The notes beneath the pieces were generated by a model. The model made no database searches, was not told the origin of the DNA, and saw only the letters and a program-made list of their open reading frames with translations. A stretch of 64,000 bases of DNA from the NCBI GenBank assembly GCA_965226885.1, contig CBDDEL010000010.1, forward strand, positions 128,001 to 192,000. The letters run 5' to 3'. The position numbers and the translations under genes were made by a program. Below, one piece after another: positions 11,035 to 21,554 of this stretch. Each line of letters starts with the position of its first letter. Position 1 is the stretch's first letter. Source of the stretch: Opitutales bacterium (GTDB lineage: Bacteria > Verrucomicrobiota > Verrucomicrobiia > Opitutales > UBA2987).

Positions 11035-13580
11035 TCAAATAGGTCGGATCGGGCTCAAGAGGCTGGCGTAGTGCTTCTCAGTGGTGACGGTGACATAGGA
11101 GTCGCCGAGGAACTGTGCTGCCGTCAGGAGTCCATCCCGCGTTGCGATAACGCTGCCGGCGTGTTTACGCAACTCGTGCAACCGTTTAACTCGATCCGGT
11201 ATGAAACGCGCAATCCAGACGCACGCCTCTCGCTGGATTGCTTTCCGCCGATCTGTTGGCGTGTACCCAGGCACGATGTAATCCCAAGCCTTCTTAGGCG
11301 GACAGAGTTCCTTCCAATCTTCCACTCTCTTCTCCGATACGGGAATCCACCGGTCCCGGCTTTTTGGAGCAAAGTCCTGCACTTCGGCCGAAGGTGTACC
11401 GGCCGACCGTGCCACTACACCGAGTTGATACCAACCTTTCTGCTTTTCAATCCAATGCCAACGTGCCGCCAGGATCTCCGCTGATCGCATCCCCAGGTAA
11501 AACGCCATCTCAAAAATAACGAAAAGCCGCGGATTCTCCGTCCGTAATTTCGTGCGCGCCTCCTGCTCCATTTGTTCTAGCACATTGATGTGCACTGGAA
11601 AAAGTGGACACGAGATTCTCCTAAATGGAGAATCGAAGCATGGGAAGAAGACGCTTTAGTATAGAGTTCAAAAATGAGGCAGTTCAACTGATGATACTCG
11701 ATGGTCTGAGCGCCACCGAGGTATCGACCAAACTTGGGGTCAACACCAACCAATTGTATAGGTGGAAGAGGCTCTATCTGGACGATCAGCAGGGCGAAGC
11801 CACCTCAAAGCGACAGAGCAGTCCGAAGGAGATGGCGGCCGAGATAGATCGTCTTCGCAAAGAGCTGCGCCGCTCGGAGCGGATCAACCAGATACTAAAA
11901 AAAACGGTGGGCTACTTTGCCAAGGACGAACAATGAAGTACCAGTTTGTCAAAGACAACGAGGGGCGCTTCAAGATCGAGGAAATATGCTCGGCGATGGG
12001 GATTTGTCGCAGTGGCTATTACTGCTGGAGGCACCGAGCGCCCTCGGCCCGGCGGATCGAGGACGAGGGAATCAAGGGGGCGATCCTGATCCTGAAGGTA
12101 CACAAAGAGGCCAAGGGCCGCTATGGGCATCGGCCAATGCACCGCCATCTGAAGGATGATGAGGGCATCGATTGCGGCCGTGACCGGGCTCTGCGTCTGA
12201 TGCGTGAAATGGGAATCAAAAGCACCCAGAGTAAACGCTTTAAGCCATTAAAAACCAACAGTAACCATCCCCCTATGGTTACAGCCCCAATGTGCTTAAA
12301 AAGCATGGCCAGCCGACCCATATCGACGAGGTCTGGGTGGCGGACACGACCTACCTACGGACCCTGGCCGGTTGGATGTACTTGGCCACGGTGATGGACC
12401 TGTTCAGCCGACGCCTGCTGGGCTGGAGCGTTTCCAACCACAACGACGCGAAGCTGGTTGGCAAGGCCCTCAAAGCCGCGGCCATGACCCGCGGCACACT
12501 GCGCACCGGGATTATTCATCACAGCGATCGGGGCAGCCCCTACGCCAGCGACGACTATCAGAGGCTGGTCTCTGAACTAGGCATGAAGCCGAGCATGAGC
12601 GCCCAAGGCAACTGCTACGACAACGCGGCCATGGAATCGTTCTACGGCCGCTTCAAGACCAGCACGATTCGAGGCCGCCACTTTGCCGACGAGCGCGAAC
12701 TGCGATCAACTGTCTTCGAATACGTGGAAATCTTCTACAACCGATATCGCAAACATTCCTCTCTGAGTTACCAAAGCCCAGTCCAATTCGAGGAAAATAT
12801 TTGCCCCCCATGGGGGGCAACGAGAAAACAAAACCCTTTACCAAAACAAGCCGCCTGACACACTAATCAATAAACAATGAATATAAGAGAATCCCGTGTC
12901 CAACAAATCCAGTACACGTCACATCCGACTCGATCGGTGCGTAGTGGGTTTTGTGCACCTTCAGCTTGGATACCCCCAAAAATCCCCTCAAATCTGGCAA
13001 ATGCAACTCTCCGTAGAGATTCTCCCGCGCAGCCTTGCTAAAAACACTCTGCGCCTGCCGCAAAGTGGAGTTGAGCGAATAGTTGTGCCGTAGATCACCT
13101 TTAGGAGAAATTCCTTTTCTCTTTCTCCTCTGACGGCGAAATTCGATCACAAAATCGCGGGTGAGGACATCTCAACGTAAATCCCGCGCCTCCTTGCGCG
13201 GGTAAACCTCGCGCGCCATGGCCAGCAAATTGCCCACATTGCGCTGCATCGAATCGGGCTGGATGGAGGTATAATCGGCAATCCCCTTCATATAAATATC
13301 GCAAATCTTCCCTAGGGATGGGTAGAGGTTGCGCCTTAACGCCGGAGCCGGACCTATCCCTTGTCCGCTCTCATGTAAGGTAAGAAAATCTGCCAAGCCT
13401 GGTCCCGGGCTTCGCGCTCATGGAATTTTCCGGTGGATCTTCGGATCTCCCTCCTGTTGGTACGAAACCGCACATGGTAAACACCTCTTTTGCCGTGTCG
13501 AAAAACATTCAAATCTCTCTTGGATCGAATCATTAGAAGTTCAAAATTCTTTTAAGATTGCCAATCTTTGAGGCATGTAT
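11035..13580 (-). pseudogene. Phage-type tyrosine integrase, split by IS3 and frameshifted upstream
   Basis: LGMRSAEI, LHELRKHAGS, FLGD..TEKHY. Removing the IS3 rejoins ...APIESD|VLEQMEQ. The 5' boundary is approximate. Confidence 0.8.
11586..12921 (+). mobile_element. IS3 family element type A copy 1 (orfB frameshifted)
   Basis: TGATGTGCACTGG...CCAGTACACGTCA ends and 3-bp TSD CAT. orfA 11625-11936; DDE motifs WVADTTY, HSDRGS and AMESF. Confidence 0.93.
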
Positions 13581-13754
13581 TTGAATTGAAAATGAAGCAG
13601 ATGACCTAAAATCAACTGTTTATTTATCCCGTTTTTTATCCCATTTCATTTGACACACTTTAGCTTTTAAGACACACCTTGAAATCGAAAATAGCAAGAC
13701 AAAATTGCCTTAATCCGCATAATAAAGCGGTAAACAATTATTTATCAAGGGAAT

Positions 13755-13831
<77 letters not shown>

Positions 13832-13964
13832 TATTAATATCTTATTGTTTTTCAATATTTTACACATTTGATTCAATCAAATCTTTAATATTAAAGAATA
13901 AAAGTAAGAATAGACTCGCGAATAATCGTCAATGACGCCGAGTTAAATTATCCCTGATTATTTC

Positions 13965-14693
13965 TTGCCTATCAGCCTGTCAGAGCAAACATCTTCTCTT
14001 GTGTCCTCTCCCCCTCAAAAGAGAATTCGACTAAGTGATTATAAGGGAATTCCCGAGCAAGGGATAAGGGATTATTTTAATTACTCGGGTATAATAGACA
14101 AAAGTTTCCTAAAAAAGTCTGTTTGGTGGTGGCGAAGCATCGATGGAGTGCTCAAAAAATACAAAATTGGAACCTGCAAAGATTTTCAGAACCCTGATGA
14201 ATTTTTTTGCGGATTTCCTTTACGTTTCCTTGAGGACCTCAAAATACAACAGGAATACAATAGGATCGAACCTATAATGGATTTTATCTTTTATTTTGAG
14301 CTTTCGGGGAGGATCGACCCTCCAAAAAACTGGGGTCCCGCAATCTCTGAACTTCCTTATACCCGCAAAGGTGTTCCTCTCGTTGATGCTCGATTTTCCG
14401 AAAGAGAATTTGAATACATCTCCTGCGAAGATTTAAACATTTGCCTCAGTAGCCCCGATTCATATCTAAAAAAGCAATTTCTTGCCTTTGTTGACAGAAA
14501 ACAGAAAGAGTATGGGATTGAAAAAACCAAATGGAATAAAGGGCAAGCGAACCGCACAAAATACAACATATCCTCTAAATTTCAAGTCCTTGAGATTTTC
14601 GATAAAATAACGATTCTCGGGCAAAATAAAGACATCGGTAACGACAAAAAAGCAAATCTTCGGAAGGCTATTCGCAAGTTTTATCAGGGCTGA
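13965..14693 (+). CDS. Hypothetical protein of the integrative element
   Basis: 242-aa AT-rich ORF directly upstream of the AlpA-like gene. Start uncertain. Confidence 0.6.
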   Translation: MPISLSEQTSSLVSSPPQKRIRLSDYKGIPEQGIRDYFNYSGIIDKSFLKKSVWWWRSIDGVLKKYKIGTCKDFQNPDEFFCGFPLRFLEDLKIQQEYNRIEPIMDFIFYFELSGRIDPPKNWGPAISELPYTRKGVPLVDARFSEREFEYISCEDLNICLSSPDSYLKKQFLAFVDRKQKEYGIEKTKWNKGQANRTKYNISSKFQVLEIFDKITILGQNKDIGNDKKANLRKAIRKFYQG

Positions 14694-14750
14694 TAAATTT
14701 TCTTACTTATACCCGTTGAACATGCCGCATGAAATGTTTTTCGTGGTGGC

Positions 14751-15008
14751 ATGAACCGAGAAAACTTAAGGTATGCGAGAGGGGTAGGGAAGCCTGAATG
14801 GATACGTTTGCCGCGTCCAGGCGGACGCTGTGAGCACACAGGTCTTTCAAGAACAACCCTTACAGAGCTGACTGTTCCTTCACCGGCGAATCAATCCTCA
14901 CCGCCTGTGAAATCCAGATATCTTAGGAAAAGAAATGCTCGGCGAGGAATCCGGCTAATCAATTACGATTCCCTAATGGAATACATTGAAAAACAAGGTG
15001 TACTATAG
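14751..15008 (+). CDS. AlpA/excisionase-like DNA-binding protein
   Basis: TGLSRTTLTEL helix-turn-helix-like segment and GIRLINYDSL, positioned before the helicase. Confidence 0.7.
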   Translation: MNRENLRYARGVGKPEWIRLPRPGGRCEHTGLSRTTLTELTVPSPANQSSPPVKSRYLRKRNARRGIRLINYDSLMEYIEKQGVL

Positions 15009-15016
15009 GGCTGTAA

Positions 15017-16543
15017 TTGCAGAAAGGTAAATTCATGAAAGTTAAAAGACTTTATCCTTCTAAAAGGAAAAGGGCTATAAAAAGCAGGTTTCCGAGGAAA
15101 AAGAAGGTAAAAAGGAAATCTAAATCCTGTAATTTTCCTCGGCAAAAAGTTCTCGATAAAATTGAAGCCAAGGTTAGCTCTGCTGTCTATTTTAATAAAA
15201 AAAGCGGGACTGTAAGAAAGCTCAATGATAGATACTTCGCGAGGTTATTTACTAAAGTCCACTCGATTTTATTTGAGCCATCATTAAATGGATTTTACCG
15301 TTATAATGCAGCGAACGGGGTTTGGGGAAATACCACAGAGACGAAACTGCTCAACCAGATTGGCTCAGTGATCAAGATGTATGCGGATAATCAGGGTAAA
15401 CCTGAGATAAACGAGAAAAACGACACAAATTTTCAACGTAATGTTTTAACCCAATTGAAGGGAAATACTGAAAAAAAGGATGCCTTCAAAACCAAAAATG
15501 GAATCCTACACCTTGATAATTGCATGTTGGATATCAATGAATATCCGCCGTCTGAGAAAAAGTTTTCAAAAAAATATTATTCAACTTATCAGGTGCCTAT
15601 TCGCTATGATCCTAAAGCGATATGTCCGAAATTCATCGATAAACTTCTTATACCAGTCCTGTTAGCCTATGATCTCGACCTTCTTCAGAGAGTATCAGGG
15701 GCTATTTTGTATGGGGGAAATAAGGCTCAACGAGTAGAAATCATTGAAGGTTCGGGCGGAACCGGTAAATCTCAATTTGTTGAAATTTTGGAGGTAATAA
15801 TTGGAAAGGAGAAATGCCATGAACTTCGAATTCAAAATATGGATTCACGTTTTGAAATTTCACGACTACTGGGGAAGACACTTTTGGTGGGGGAGGATGT
15901 TCCAGGTGATTTCCTTAATCGCAAATTTTCACACAAAATCAAAGCATTAACAGGGGGAGGCCACCATTCAGTAGAATCGAAAAACTCAAATGCCACCCTC
16001 CAAATTCAAGGTAAATTCAATATCCTAATTACTTGCAACAGCGAACTTCAGGTCAAGTTAGATGGGGATTACTCCGCATGGGAGAGAAGATTGATAATAA
16101 TTCCGTTTCAATCTCATAAGCCAAAAAAGCGAATCCCAAATTTTGCGCAAATGCTTTTGCGCGAAGAAGGCCCCGGAATCCTGAACTGGATGATTGAAGG
16201 GTATAAAAAACATCGAACAGAATTGAAATCTTTTGCAGACTTCAATCTCAATATAACCCAAAAACGAAGGGTAAAGAATCTTTTGAATGAGAGTACCCCC
16301 CTACAGATATTCGGCCAAACCTGTGTAAAGAAAGCTAAAGGAGATGTGACAACCGATGAATTGGTTAATGCCTATTTCAAATTCAAATTTTCTCAAAATC
16401 GTAAATGGGAGGAATTGACTCGACGACAAGTAGAACGGGGCCTACCCGGTATCATACTAGAGCTGTTTCATGTAATTCGACGCAAAGACATTAAAAGGGG
16501 AGGCAAGGCTCGCCGTGGCTATAAAGGGATCAAGTTGAAGTAA
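15017..16543 (+). CDS. P4/D5-family SF3 helicase (phage/plasmid primase C-terminal type)
   Basis: YDPKAICP (D5_N-like), Walker A GSGGTGKS, IKALTGG, ITCN and AWERRL. Confidence 0.88.
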   Translation: MQKGKFMKVKRLYPSKRKRAIKSRFPRKKKVKRKSKSCNFPRQKVLDKIEAKVSSAVYFNKKSGTVRKLNDRYFARLFTKVHSILFEPSLNGFYRYNAANGVWGNTTETKLLNQIGSVIKMYADNQGKPEINEKNDTNFQRNVLTQLKGNTEKKDAFKTKNGILHLDNCMLDINEYPPSEKKFSKKYYSTYQVPIRYDPKAICPKFIDKLLIPVLLAYDLDLLQRVSGAILYGGNKAQRVEIIEGSGGTGKSQFVEILEVIIGKEKCHELRIQNMDSRFEISRLLGKTLLVGEDVPGDFLNRKFSHKIKALTGGGHHSVESKNSNATLQIQGKFNILITCNSELQVKLDGDYSAWERRLIIIPFQSHKPKKRIPNFAQMLLREEGPGILNWMIEGYKKHRTELKSFADFNLNITQKRRVKNLLNESTPLQIFGQTCVKKAKGDVTTDELVNAYFKFKFSQNRKWEELTRRQVERGLPGIILELFHVIRRKDIKRGGKARRGYKGIKLK

Positions 16544-17666
16544 TGTCTTATTTCTCCACCTCTTGGGCATTTCAGCCAATAAAATAGGCCATAATGTCCA
16601 CTTGGTAGTTTAGACCATGATGAATACAACAATAACAAAAGAAGCGTCCGAAGCGTCCGAGATGCCACATTTTTTAGTCCATCGACTAGGAAGGACAGTT
16701 CTGAGAGCAATATTTTTATCGATTCAGACCCTAAACATACACACGCTTGCTCCTAGTTTCCTTAATGAACCGACGGCCTGCCGGAAAACCGGTTTTGGTT
16801 CCAGTATTGTGTATAGGGTTAATAACATACATACGTTTATTCCCTGCTCTTTTGGCTACCGTCGTAGCACTTCCTTCCTATTCTCTCCTGGATATCTTTT
16901 ACTACTCTACTTACTATCTTTAATATTAAAGACTTTCTTTTCCGCCCTCTTTTTTAATTTTTCTAGGAACTCTGCGTACTCTTCATCGGAACTAAAGTGC
17001 ACTTAACATACCGATCTCCCCTATCTAGCTCTTTAAGAAATCCGCCTGTCTTAATTTCCATCAATAATCATAAAAAAACTATCATCCATCTCCGCGCATT
17101 TTGGGCAAAAAAGCCCTTCCCTCATACGGGGCCTTCTTAGCTCAATATGGCCGGTTTTTCTTCTCAGATTGATCGTCGTCCTCATTTTGTCTAAACCGCC
17201 CATTCTGGGGTCTCCGTTTAATTGTGTATAAGGTTATAATCCAAAAATTGCCTATTTTTCGACTATTTTGGTCGTTTGAAGTATTTTTTGCTTTTGTTGG
17301 CCTTATGTTAGAACGATTCTGTCGACCTCGAATTTTACTCTTAATTTTAACACAATTTTATAGCCAGGCCCTAGAGAAAAATTTCCGCGTTAAGTATGGG
17401 ATGACTACAAGGACGGCACGACCTATGGTTTTAAGGCTGGCACATACTCGTCCAATAGGCAATCTATCATATCCTAAGGTAAGTATGTTAAATTCAATAA
17501 TCTTTAATATTAAAGACTCGATTCAAGGATTTTTAAAAATGGCCCAGAAATTGTTTTATGTAGAAACAGGCACTTGGCTAGGGCTGGGCAATGAAAACGA
17601 TTTCTGGGGGCATATGAAGAGCTTTAGCGCATCATTTATAAGGCAATTAAACTGCATTCATTAACT

Positions 17667-18353
17667 ATGAAGAAAAAACAATTAAATGATACCGCTGCGG
17701 CGAATAAGATACTGAGAAGGTTCAACAATAAATATTTGAAGCAGGCAAGAGAACGCCATACTAACCTCAGGCGATTAATTGACCACAGAACGGAAGACCA
17801 TGTTCTGGAGCTTACCCTGACCTTTCCCAAAAGTTCTCAGCCGATAAGCCCACAAGAACTTGGCAAAAGATTTAACAGCTTTGCTACAAATCATCTTGAT
17901 AGAAAAACTTATCGGGGGAAAAAAATGTTTCCAGAATGGATTCGGTTTATTGAACCACACTCAAATGATTCAAAGAAAACGAGGTATACGAAAACTCTTC
18001 CCAGGAAATCTCTCCACGTCCATGTAATTCTTGGAGTTTCACCCAGTGTCAATCATCCTATGCGGGAATTTGAGGATTATGACGATTTCGATGCAGCATA
18101 TACGCCTCCTCAATGGTTGACTGATTGGATTGAGGAATTGAAAAAGGTTTTACCTAGATACGGATTTGGATTACAGTACTCGGTAAATCCCATAAAGAGT
18201 AATAGACGTTCGTTTGGAAAATACTTTGTAAAAACGATCCGAAAGTATGCTGGGAAAAATGGAAGACCTAAATACCTAAAGAGAGTACATCTTGTTACCT
18301 ACGGTGGTGGTTTTAAAAATAATATTACTTCTAAGTTGTGTTATCCTTTTTAG
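17667..18353 (+). CDS. Putative HUH rolling-circle replication-type endonuclease
   Basis: Motifs in canonical order: LTLTF (I), LHVHVIL (II, HUH) and KYFVK (III, YxxK). Confidence 0.6.
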   Translation: MKKKQLNDTAAANKILRRFNNKYLKQARERHTNLRRLIDHRTEDHVLELTLTFPKSSQPISPQELGKRFNSFATNHLDRKTYRGKKMFPEWIRFIEPHSNDSKKTRYTKTLPRKSLHVHVILGVSPSVNHPMREFEDYDDFDAAYTPPQWLTDWIEELKKVLPRYGFGLQYSVNPIKSNRRSFGKYFVKTIRKYAGKNGRPKYLKRVHLVTYGGGFKNNITSKLCYPF

Positions 18354-18805
18354 AACGAGATATCATTTCTAATATTTTAACATACACACCATTATCTCTC
18401 TTGGATAGTGTATTTCAAGGATTGGCTTTTAAGCGGGGTAAGACAAGGAATATAATATATATATACGCGAGGGAAATTTTTATGATTTTGGGCACATTCC
18501 CTCAGGCAGAATCATAGCAATTGGATACTTTGTGAGTGGATGACTATGGGGGTCAGCATTTATAATACCTTATCAGTCAGCCTTATAAGATAGCTTAGGG
18601 GCCTTTTTCTAAATTTCAATCGGTAACCTTAAGAGGTTCACTGTGTAACGTGTGTATGTCCCAAAATACTCCATTTTTGATTGAGTTGTTTCAAAATATG
18701 GGTTTCCTGCATTTTTATCGTTAGCTTCTTTAATATTAAAGAAATTCTACAAAACAGGGGGCAGAATGAGATTTTTTTTTGCCCATTCCGTGTGCAAGGC
18801 ACCCC

Positions 18806-19024
18806 TTAGTCATGCCTCAGCCTGTCATAAACCACTTGGTGGCACCGCGTCAAATACTCTGAAACACTTAACCGGCACATTTGAGCCGCCTGCTTCATTT
18901 CTGCTTTATCGTCCGCCGTCACTCGCATTTGCACGGTCTCCTCTTTTACCAGTGCCGCCCGAATTTTTTCCTCCGGGGTTCTGGAAAGTAGCTTTGATAG
19001 TTTTTCTTTCTTTTTTGCGCTCAT
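18806..19024 (-). CDS. Small ribbon-helix-helix (DUF1778/MobC-like) protein
   Basis: ETVQMRVTADDKAEMKQAAQMCRLSVSEYL. The start overlaps the recombinase stop. Confidence 0.6.
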   Translation of the reverse strand: MSAKKKEKLSKLLSRTPEEKIRAALVKEETVQMRVTADDKAEMKQAAQMCRLSVSEYLTRCHQVVYDRLRHD

Positions 19025-19707
19025 GCTAATATTTTCTCCTGCCGGTCCAGGATGCCTTTGATTGTTCTGGCTCTCCATTGCCCGCCCTTCTTCGTTTTAA
19101 CATTTCGGCTTTCAAGGTGACGGGCAATTTTACGGAAACTTTTTCCGGCCCCCCTGAGCTTTTGAATCAAATATATTGCTTCCTCTTCGGCAGGGTTTCT
19201 GGTAAGTGTTCTCTTGTCGGGAGAGAGGTCATAGCCGAAAGGCACCTTGCTGGATATCCTGCGATTTTGTCTGCGTAAATGCTCCATAGCCGCTGTTGTC
19301 CGTTCACTGATTTGATCCCTCTCGAATTCGGCTAAAACAGCGAGCATACGGAATATCATTTTCCCGGCGGCGCTGGTGGTATCGATTTTCTCCGAGAGGC
19401 TTACTAAATCAGCCCCAGCTTTGTCTAGGCGCTCGCTGATAAGGATAGCATCCTTGGTTGAGCGGGCTAAACGGCTTAATGAGTAAACAATCAGGGCTCC
19501 TTTGGATTGGCAGACTTGTTGAATGGCTTTTTGAAGCTTTGGTCGATTGTCAGCCCTGCCGCCGCTCATGGTCTCAATGTATAGGCCTTCTAAGGTGCTT
19601 TCATTGGCTACACACCATGCCCTGATTTTAGCTTCCTGAGCCTCCAGACTTATTCCGTCTTTTGCCTGTCCCTTTGTGGAGACTCGTATATATCCTATTA
19701 CTGTCAC
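19021..19707 (-). CDS. Serine recombinase (resolvase family with recombinase domain)
   Basis: GYIRVST..Q, LSRLARS, EFERDQISERT and PFGY. Confidence 0.92.
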   Translation of the reverse strand: MTVIGYIRVSTKGQAKDGISLEAQEAKIRAWCVANESTLEGLYIETMSGGRADNRPKLQKAIQQVCQSKGALIVYSLSRLARSTKDAILISERLDKAGADLVSLSEKIDTTSAAGKMIFRMLAVLAEFERDQISERTTAAMEHLRRQNRRISSKVPFGYDLSPDKRTLTRNPAEEEAIYLIQKLRGAGKSFRKIARHLESRNVKTKKGGQWRARTIKGILDRQEKILA

Positions 19708-19789
19708 TTCTCATAAAGTAATGCCCTTAATCAATACAGTCAATGTGATTTTTGGAAGCGAGCTATGTCTTTAATGTTAAAGACGCATA

Positions 19790-20095
19790 TTGTTCGCGTC
19801 ATTTGGGCAAAACCGCTATATTCTTGATTCAGCCAGCGGATTAACTTCAACAGAGGCCGAGAATGCCTTTGCCTTGTCAATAATCGAGTGTGGAAAATTA
19901 TCCCCTCAGATTGTTGCACGGGAAAAGGCTGAGGAAGTCAAAAAGAACGGCCTTTTGGAAATTGTCTCTACACCTGAATCCTTAAAAAGTATCGGTGGCC
20001 TGGAACTTCTCAAAGAATGGCTCCTTCAACGGAGAGATGCTTTTGGAAAGGAGGCCAGAGAATACGGCCTGCCAGCGCCCAAAGGAATTCTTCTT
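19790..20095 (+). pseudogene. AAA ATPase (Ycf46-like) fragment cut just before Walker A
   Basis: GLTSTEAENAF, IGGLELLKEWL, YGLPAPKGILL, then an abrupt switch to GC-rich DNA. Confidence 0.75.
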
Positions 20096-21490
20096 TCATC
20101 CATCAAACCGGAACGAAAACATATCTGCGTTCTTGAGCGTGAAACGCAACTGAATAACGCCCTGTTTGAAACCTGGATCTTGAGCCCAATCCACGCGAGC
20201 ATCAACGGCGTCTCCCCTCAGCGGCTGTGATTTACCGACGACTTGCCCGGACTTGTTCAGGGCTTCGATCGTCAACGTGCCGTCGGCTCGTACGACGTAG
20301 TTGACAAGCAGACGCTGGCCCTCGTAACGCAGCGGCTTGGTCGTCATCTGTCCGCCGTCGCTACCCCCGCACAAAGCGACGAACCCGTCCACGCGATAGA
20401 CGAATCGCCGGACTCGGCCCGGTGTCGGTTCGAAGAAATTCTCCGTTGCGTAGACCGAGATTTCGTTCGGCTTGCCGGGCAGTTGGAACATGCCCCAGGC
20501 CATGTAATTGCTGCGGTTGTGGTTGCGGTCCTTGGGAGCCGTGCGCGGAATGACCGCTTCGGCGTAACGGTGGAATTCCGTCCCGTCGCGGCTGGTCATC
20601 AGGATCGGCTCGACCTGCTGGCTCTTGGGTTCGTAACGAGTGGGAAATCCGATGAACAAATGCGGCGCACGGAAATACTTCTGAATCGCATTTGTGTAAA
20701 GATGCTCGTTGGCCGTGCCTTGCGGATAAGTCAGCTCGGCTTCGTTCTCCCAGGTAATGAAGTCTTTGGAGGTCGCGGTGCGGATCGCTCGCACGCCGTT
20801 GCCGAAATAACGCCAGTAGGCGCGGTACTCGCCGCGGTCGGTATCCCAGAACGCGAGGTTCTGCGAGTCGAACGCTCCGTGGGTGATCACGGGTTCCTCC
20901 TGCATAAGCTTCCAGTTAATGCCGTCGGGAGACTGAAACGCATACAGGCCGAGCCGGTAGCTCTGGTCGCCTTGTGACCGCGCCAGCGCCTTATAGCGCG
21001 CTTCGGGTTGGCAGTCCGGGTTGGCATCTTTAAAAGGAGTGAAATTGTGGCTGAACATGCCGTCCCAGATGATATTGTTTGCCTTGGAGCCGTTAAACTC
21101 GACCAAGCCGAGGTTCGGTTTCGTCCACCGGATGCCGTCTTTGCTTTCGGCATAGCAGGTGACTTCCTCATGAGCGGCCTTCTGCTGCTCGTCGTGCTGC
21201 CAGCCGCGATAGATCATGCGGTAAACGCCGCCGTCTTGGAAAAAGGTGTAATAGCCGCTGCTGTTTCCCTCCCACGGCTGGTCGGCGACAAACACGACCT
21301 CTTTCGGTTCGGGCCTCATCAACTGCTGCTGAACGTCGCCCGTGATTTCGCCTATTACATGGTCGTCAACGAACAACTCCAGCCGGTTGTCAACGTCGAT
21401 CGGCTCTGCGGACTCAGCCAACGTGATCGTGCAGAGTGCGAGTACAAAAGCAGACACGGGAGTGTTCAAGAATTGGATGCAACGGAGCAT
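20096..21490 (-). CDS. Secreted beta-propeller glycoside hydrolase-like protein
   Basis: Signal peptide, ELFVDD, PWEG, YAESKDGIRW/SPDGINW Asp-box-like repeats, FDSQN and RVDGF. Confidence 0.75.
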   Translation of the reverse strand: MLRCIQFLNTPVSAFVLALCTITLAESAEPIDVDNRLELFVDDHVIGEITGDVQQQLMRPEPKEVVFVADQPWEGNSSGYYTFFQDGGVYRMIYRGWQHDEQQKAAHEEVTCYAESKDGIRWTKPNLGLVEFNGSKANNIIWDGMFSHNFTPFKDANPDCQPEARYKALARSQGDQSYRLGLYAFQSPDGINWKLMQEEPVITHGAFDSQNLAFWDTDRGEYRAYWRYFGNGVRAIRTATSKDFITWENEAELTYPQGTANEHLYTNAIQKYFRAPHLFIGFPTRYEPKSQQVEPILMTSRDGTEFHRYAEAVIPRTAPKDRNHNRSNYMAWGMFQLPGKPNEISVYATENFFEPTPGRVRRFVYRVDGFVALCGGSDGGQMTTKPLRYEGQRLLVNYVVRADGTLTIEALNKSGQVVGKSQPLRGDAVDARVDWAQDPGFKQGVIQLRFTLKNADMFSFRFDG

Positions 21491-21554
21491 GTTGTGTCCC
21501 TGCTGGTTGGAGTGTACACGAGACGGGCAGCAACAACGCAAAGATTGATATTGA

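Larger units (their letters stand above)
13882..19783. repeat. Dispersed 16-bp palindrome TCTTTAATATTAAAGA
   Basis: Copies at 13882, 16917, 17501, 18727 and 19768 (1 mismatch), with another at 36392. Confidence 0.9.

Noticed and set aside
16617..17664. ORFs 16617-17006 and 17224-17664 as genes
   Set aside because: No recognisable motifs, low-complexity AT-rich composition, and they overlap the palindromes, so they are probably non-coding.
13882..19783. CRISPR array
   Set aside because: The repeats are 16 bp, about 0.6-3 kb apart, with no spacer periodicity and no cas genes.
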